Source: a virus
Taxonomy: Duplodnaviria; Caudoviricetes
Reading direction: 5' to 3' (one strand)
Length of the DNA: 30,815 bases
IMG/VR virus record: IMGVR_UViG_3300027627_000017
Span: 1-30,815 of that record
Of this stretch, positions 27,208-30,815 are shown one piece after another. The notes under the pieces were generated by a model. The model was not told the DNA's origin. It made no database searches and saw only the letters and a list, made by a program, of their open reading frames with translations. A program made the position numbers and the translations under genes. Position 1 is the stretch's first letter, and every line of letters begins with the position of its first letter.

Positions 27208-27420
27208 TTAGGTATGCGTTTGCCCGTCAGGTGTCATGCCACCATATAGGTTGCACCAAGGCAACATACCTTCAATGAGTCCGTTACTCCAATGGTTGAA
27301 GTGAAACCCTTTGAGGACATCAACCAAATCATATAGGTTGATTCCATGTTTGTAGAACGACTCAATTTGGTGGATTGTCAATTGATGAATTTCCACCGGG
27401 CCAGACAAATTCTCAGTCAT
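27208..27420 (-). CDS. 70-aa hypothetical protein
   Basis: AAGGAG RBS; fills the cassette exactly; C-terminus GGMTPDGQTHT. Confidence 0.8.
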   Translation of the reverse strand: MTENLSGPVEIHQLTIHQIESFYKHGINLYDLVDVLKGFHFNHWSNGLIEGMLPWCNLYGGMTPDGQTHT

Positions 27421-27459
27421 CGCGATTCTCCTTAATGATAATGCAGGCTAGCTGTTATC

Positions 27460-27502
27460 CTGCTATACCCTAATTATATCATAGACTATGCATAAGTATA
27501 AA
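27460..27502 (-). promoter_or_regulatory. Cassette promoter 3
   Basis: Same core with TGaTATAAT. Confidence 0.88.
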
Positions 27503-27621
27503 CGGGTATAAGTAATTTGTCCGGATGAAAAATTACCACATTGACCTGATAAAAATAAAAGTAAGAATAAAAATAAGAGAGTAAGAGTAAATACCTATCA
27601 CGAACTCCAATTCTGTGCAGC

Positions 27622-27665
27622 AAAAAAAATACCGAATCGGCATGGTAACCGATTCGGTATGGTGA
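27622..27665 (-). terminator. Cassette terminator 4
   Basis: ATACCGAATCGG-TTACCATG-CCGATTCGGTAT followed by a T-tract. Confidence 0.88.
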
Positions 27666-27667
27666 AA

Positions 27668-27967
27668 CTAATCCTTGAAGCGATATTCCTCATATCCATA
27701 ATCGTCAGGATTATTTTCTTCATCGCACGTAATCCACTTTCCGTCAAACTTCAATTTGTTCTGGTTTGGGCAGCCAACCTCATGACAAAAAATATCGTTT
27801 ATCATGGTTGCATTGCATTGATTGCAGCTGTTATCAATGTAATCGTTTATGTCAATGAGGTCGACATCCACAATGTTTTTTTCCTTGAATGCTGCAACCT
27901 TTCCCATGTGACGGCCACCCTTGCCAGACTTGCCCTCTCGTGAGAGAGGGTGGTTAAACTTGCTCAT
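27668..27967 (-). CDS. 99-aa hypothetical protein with a probable zinc-binding motif and acidic tail
   Basis: CNQC...FCHEVGCPN; initiation region AAGGAGTATAGACAATG. Confidence 0.8.
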   Translation of the reverse strand: MSKFNHPLSREGKSGKGGRHMGKVAAFKEKNIVDVDLIDINDYIDNSCNQCNATMINDIFCHEVGCPNQNKLKFDGKWITCDEENNPDDYGYEEYRFKD

Positions 27968-28007
27968 TGTCTATACTCCTTAATGCTAGTGCAGGCTAAC
28001 TGTTATC

Positions 28008-28050
28008 CTGCTATACCCTAATTATAGCATAGACTATGCATAAGTATAAA
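28008..28050 (-). promoter_or_regulatory. Cassette promoter 4
   Basis: Same core with TGcTATAAT. Confidence 0.88.
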
Positions 28051-28158
28051 CAAGTATAAGTAATGCAGCCTGATGCAGAACTATCACATTATGCCCTGGA
28101 TAAGAATAAATATAAGAGAGAAGATAAATACCTATCACGAACTCCAATTCTACACAGC

Positions 28159-28202
28159 AAAAAAAATACCGAATCGGCATGGTAACCGATTCGGTATGGT
28201 GA
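28159..28202 (-). terminator. Cassette terminator 5
   Basis: Same hairpin followed by a T-tract. Confidence 0.88.
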
Positions 28203-28215
28203 AAGATTTAAGACT

Positions 28216-28548
28216 TTAGAGATTCCCAGAAAAGAGATTCCAAAGTTTATCCATTTCACGCTGAACTTGTCGCGCTGCTTCTTTTGCTTGTTTGCAATCC
28301 GTCAATGCGTCGTCAGCAGCGGAAACCATTTCAATAGCTTCGTCAAGCAAGAAATCAGATTCATCTTTCATGCTTTCAACAAGGCCTTTGAGGTTCAACC
28401 ACTTATTTGCAAAAGTTGCATTAGCCGATGAGTAATCATCAGCAGCGCGCTTCGCTTCGGATGTTGACGTCAGCGCTGTATCCGCTGCGTCCGATGCATC
28501 TCTCGAAGCTTCCTTCATCCTGAACATAATACTTTCATCGATTAACAT
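28216..28548 (-). CDS. 110-aa acidic Ala-rich helical hypothetical protein
   Basis: Initiation region AAGGAGTATAGACAATG; internal similarity between DAADTALT..SEAKRAA and AADDALT..KQAKEAA. Confidence 0.8.
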   Translation of the reverse strand: MLIDESIMFRMKEASRDASDAADTALTSTSEAKRAADDYSSANATFANKWLNLKGLVESMKDESDFLLDEAIEMVSAADDALTDCKQAKEAARQVQREMDKLWNLFSGNL

Positions 28549-28590
28549 TGTCTATACTCCTTTAAGGTTGCAAGCAGATTGTTCTTTATT

Positions 28591-28633
28591 CTGCTATACC
28601 CTAATTATAACACACACTATGCATAAGTATAAA
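28591..28633 (-). promoter_or_regulatory. Cassette promoter 5
   Basis: Same core with TGtTATAAT. Confidence 0.88.
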
Positions 28634-28734
28634 CGGGTATAGGCAATACATCTGGATATAAAACTATCACCCAATCTGGCCCTGGAATAAGAGAGAAGAG
28701 TAAATACCTATCACGAACTCCAATTCTACACAGC

Positions 28735-28778
28735 AAAAAAAATACCGAATCGGCATGGTAACCGATTCGGCATGGTGA
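28735..28778 (-). terminator. Cassette terminator 6
   Basis: Same hairpin with one G-U pair, followed by a T-tract. Confidence 0.88.
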
Positions 28779-28783
28779 AAGAT

Positions 28784-28990
28784 TTACCAGAAACTTTTTT
28801 GCGTATTGCGTATCGATACATAATCCATAATGTACCGATTGACAACATGCTCGATATTTTCAAAATCTTTTATCGCTGGCAATTGCTGCTGCACTCGCAA
28901 TGGCAGTCCTTCAAAGTCAAAAATTTTCGGGTCATTTTCCAAACAAGTCAGAATCTTTTTGCGCTGCGCGTTCGAAAGTTGATTGGCCAT
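28784..28990 (-). CDS. 68-aa hypothetical protein
   Basis: Initiation region AAGGAGCATAGACAATG; fills the cassette exactly. Confidence 0.8.
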   Translation of the reverse strand: MANQLSNAQRKKILTCLENDPKIFDFEGLPLRVQQQLPAIKDFENIEHVVNRYIMDYVSIRNTQKSFW

Positions 28991-29024
28991 TGTCTATGCT
29001 CCTTATAACTATTAGCAGGATATT

Positions 29025-29067
29025 CTGCTATACCCTAATTATAGCATAGACTATGCATAAGTATAAA
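29025..29067 (-). promoter_or_regulatory. Cassette promoter 6
   Basis: Same core with TGcTATAAT. Confidence 0.88.
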
Positions 29068-29179
29068 CAATGCGGCCGGATATAAAACTATCATCCACTA
29101 GACCCTAGTTGGAATAAGAGAAGAGTAAAAACCTATCACGAACTCCAAATACCTATCACGAACTCCAAATCCGAGCAGC

Positions 29180-29223
29180 AAAAAAAATGCAGAATCGGCA
29201 TGGTGACCGATTCTGCATGGTGA
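29180..29223 (-). terminator. Cassette terminator 7
   Basis: ATGCAGAATCGG-TCACCATG-CCGATTCTGCAT followed by a T-tract. Confidence 0.88.
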
Positions 29224-29229
29224 ACGATT

Positions 29230-30096
29230 TTACGCTGCGATTGATTCTGATTCTGATTCTGATTCAGATTCTGATTCCGGTTTGGCATCCAGAATAAAAT
29301 CAGCAGCCCGCTGCGCTGCGCTTGCTGCAGCCACTATAAGGCTGCTATCGCCGCGCAATACTTTAATCCAGCTGTCAAGGTAGCTGGCGCTTGTGGATGT
29401 AACGCTGCCGGAGTCTATCCGCGATTCATTGCACAGAATTGCTGATGCCAATTCAGCAATTAATTCTTCCTTGCCATAAGACTCACTTGACATGTTACCG
29501 ATTAAGGTGCGCCCGATTCTGCTATCGTGTCCGGTGCTATGCGCCAATTCATGGAATAGAGTCGCATAGTATGACTCAGCGCTTATAAACGATTCAGCAG
29601 CTGGCATATTTACCGAGTCCTTAATCGGTGAATAATGCGCGCTGCTGCCGGAGTGATTTATAATCGGCGCGTTTGGCATACCGCGCACAAGCGCTGCAGC
29701 TGTTTCAATCGGGCTGAAAATATTTTCTGTTGGGCGTGTATACCATTTAGGCAATGGCACATCCGCGCATTGCTCTATATTAAAAATTGTATAGTAACGC
29801 ATGTACGGCCGTTTACCCGCTATTGACTCTTCAGCTGTTGGGAATTTATAGAAAACGGCGATGCGTCCTTTTTCACCAGCATTAACATATCCGCCCAATT
29901 TTTTTGCTGCGTTGAATGAAAGCCATATAGAATTTTTATAATCAGCAAGACTTAGCAGCAGCTGATTAATTCCTCTATAAGGCTTGCCGATATAACGCAT
30001 AGGCTGCGCGTTCATTTTCCATGGACGCGCCCACGGTGCGACTCCCGACTCTAACATTGCCAAAATTTTCTCGGTGACGATATCGCAAACTTTCAT
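29230..30096 (-). CDS. ardC: Antirestriction protein ArdC (ssDNA-binding domain + zincin-like metallopeptidase domain)
   Basis: LESGVAPWARPW, PYRGINQLLL, GGYVNAGEKG, YTIFNIEQ, YYATLFHELAHSTGH (HExxH), YGKEELIAE and YLDSW. Confidence 0.92.
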   Translation of the reverse strand: MKVCDIVTEKILAMLESGVAPWARPWKMNAQPMRYIGKPYRGINQLLLSLADYKNSIWLSFNAAKKLGGYVNAGEKGRIAVFYKFPTAEESIAGKRPYMRYYTIFNIEQCADVPLPKWYTRPTENIFSPIETAAALVRGMPNAPIINHSGSSAHYSPIKDSVNMPAAESFISAESYYATLFHELAHSTGHDSRIGRTLIGNMSSESYGKEELIAELASAILCNESRIDSGSVTSTSASYLDSWIKVLRGDSSLIVAAASAAQRAADFILDAKPESESESESESESIAA

Positions 30097-30137
30097 GATG
30101 CTGACTCCTTGTAAGTTATTGCAGAAAATATTCTATT

Positions 30138-30180
30138 CTGCTATACCCTAATTATAACACACACTATGCATAAGTATAAA
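30138..30180 (-). promoter_or_regulatory. Cassette promoter 7
   Basis: Same core with TGtTATAAT. Confidence 0.88.
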
Positions 30181-30289
30181 CGGGTAAAAGCACAATGCAA
30201 TTGCAAAACCTATCACGCGCCGGCCTGGAATAAGAGCAGGAATAATAATAAGAATAAAACCTATCACGAACTCCAAAGTCAAGTTAAAT

Positions 30290-30332
30290 AAAAAAATGCA
30301 GAATCGGCATGGTGACCGATTCTGCATGGTGA
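30290..30332 (-). terminator. Cassette terminator 8
   Basis: ATGCAGAATCGG-TCACCATG-CCGATTCTGCAT followed by a T-tract. Confidence 0.88.
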
Positions 30333-30725
30333 CTATTTTTGCCAATCCGGAATTTCAACCGATGTGCGCACCCAAAAAGTGGCATGGCCCATACTAAGTT
30401 CTGTATAGTCTTTCAGAAAATTGTCAACCGTCTCATCCCAATCTATTATCAGCCACGACGGAAAATGGCGACTCAGAATTTCGGCGTCCTCTAACTTTTG
30501 GCGGATGTAGTTGGCAATGAAATTATCGTTAATTATCTCAATGCCATTTTCCCACTCGCTCTCACCACATCCATTTTCAATCGCATCCTTTTCGAGTGCT
30601 TCTAATTCCGTCAGCTGCAATGCGTCATCTTCGTCCAGCTCGCTGATGTGATAACGAGCACCGCTCCACAAAAATTTTATATGCTTGGTAATCTCTCGGC
30701 TGTCAATAGTGTTTAGCTTGTACAT
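30333..30725 (-). CDS. Acidic ArdA-like protein (candidate DNA-mimic antirestriction factor)
   Basis: 130 aa, D/E-rich. IDSREI...LEDAEIL...PSWLIIDWDET...DYTELS...FWVR resembles the ArdA C-terminal domain and short phage ArdA-like proteins (recognised by eye). Confidence 0.6.
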   Translation of the reverse strand: MYKLNTIDSREITKHIKFLWSGARYHISELDEDDALQLTELEALEKDAIENGCGESEWENGIEIINDNFIANYIRQKLEDAEILSRHFPSWLIIDWDETVDNFLKDYTELSMGHATFWVRTSVEIPDWQK

Positions 30726-30757
30726 GATTTGCTCCTTAAAACTATTAGCAGGATATT

Positions 30758-30800
30758 CTGCTATACCCTAATTATAGCACACACTATGCATAAGTATAAA
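30758..30800 (-). promoter_or_regulatory. Cassette promoter 8
   Basis: Same core with TGcTATAAT; at the window edge. Confidence 0.88.
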
Positions 30801-30815
30801 GGGGTGAATTGTAAT

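Larger units (their letters stand above)
25999..30800 (-). repeat. Array of at least eight promoter-gene-terminator cassettes with conserved ~200-bp intergenic modules
   Basis: Eight promoter cores, eight terminators and nine invariant ACCTATCACGAACTCCAA boxes (starting at 25999, 26542, 27129, 27593, 28130, 28706, 29131, 29151, 30259) separate unrelated genes. Confidence 0.97.

Noticed and set aside
26376-29051. Frpo-like single-stranded promoter, suggested by GTCTATGCT/AGCATAGAC inverted pairs around the -10 and by ArdC
   Set aside because: The pairing is perfect in only two units and absent in several, and the promoters are complete ordinary dsDNA extended -10 promoters.
25999-30800. CRISPR array
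   Set aside because: Repeat modules are about 200 bp and composite, the intervening sequences are whole genes of very different lengths, and no cas genes are present.
25999-30800. Classical integron with attC sites
   Set aside because: I see no RYYYAAC...GTTRRRY ends around the hairpins and no integrase in the window, and each unit has its own promoter. Kept only as an analogy.
1-30815. tRNA/rRNA genes, transposases, integrase, reverse transcriptase (DGR/retron), alternative genetic code
   Set aside because: No recognisable motifs were seen, and long genes are intact under the standard code with TAG and TAA used as stops.

Overview
This window is part of a tailed dsDNA phage or prophage, probably siphovirus-like; the host cannot be determined from the sequence alone. 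The minus strand carries head genes (three low-complexity candidate internal proteins, a prohead protease-scaffold, the major capsid protein and two glycosyltransferases) and, separately, terS-terL-portal-tape measure-distal tail-baseplate/fibre genes. Between these blocks lie a ~1.2 kb non-coding stretch of stacked simple repeats and a plus-strand amidoligase / class I glutamine amidotransferase / HTH operon. The most striking element is 25999-30800: at least eight self-contained cassettes. Each has the same promoter, a 5' stem-loop, an RBS, one or two small unrelated ORFs (including ArdC and an ArdA-like protein), a covarying terminator and an invariant 18-bp box. The same promoter also precedes the amidoligase operon. 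A second notable signal is a repeated K|E / TEK|A motif with a shared amphipathic helix in the scaffold, the capsid N-terminus and two basic proteins, suggesting protease-processed virion polyproteins. All product calls come from motif recognition by eye; no searches were run.
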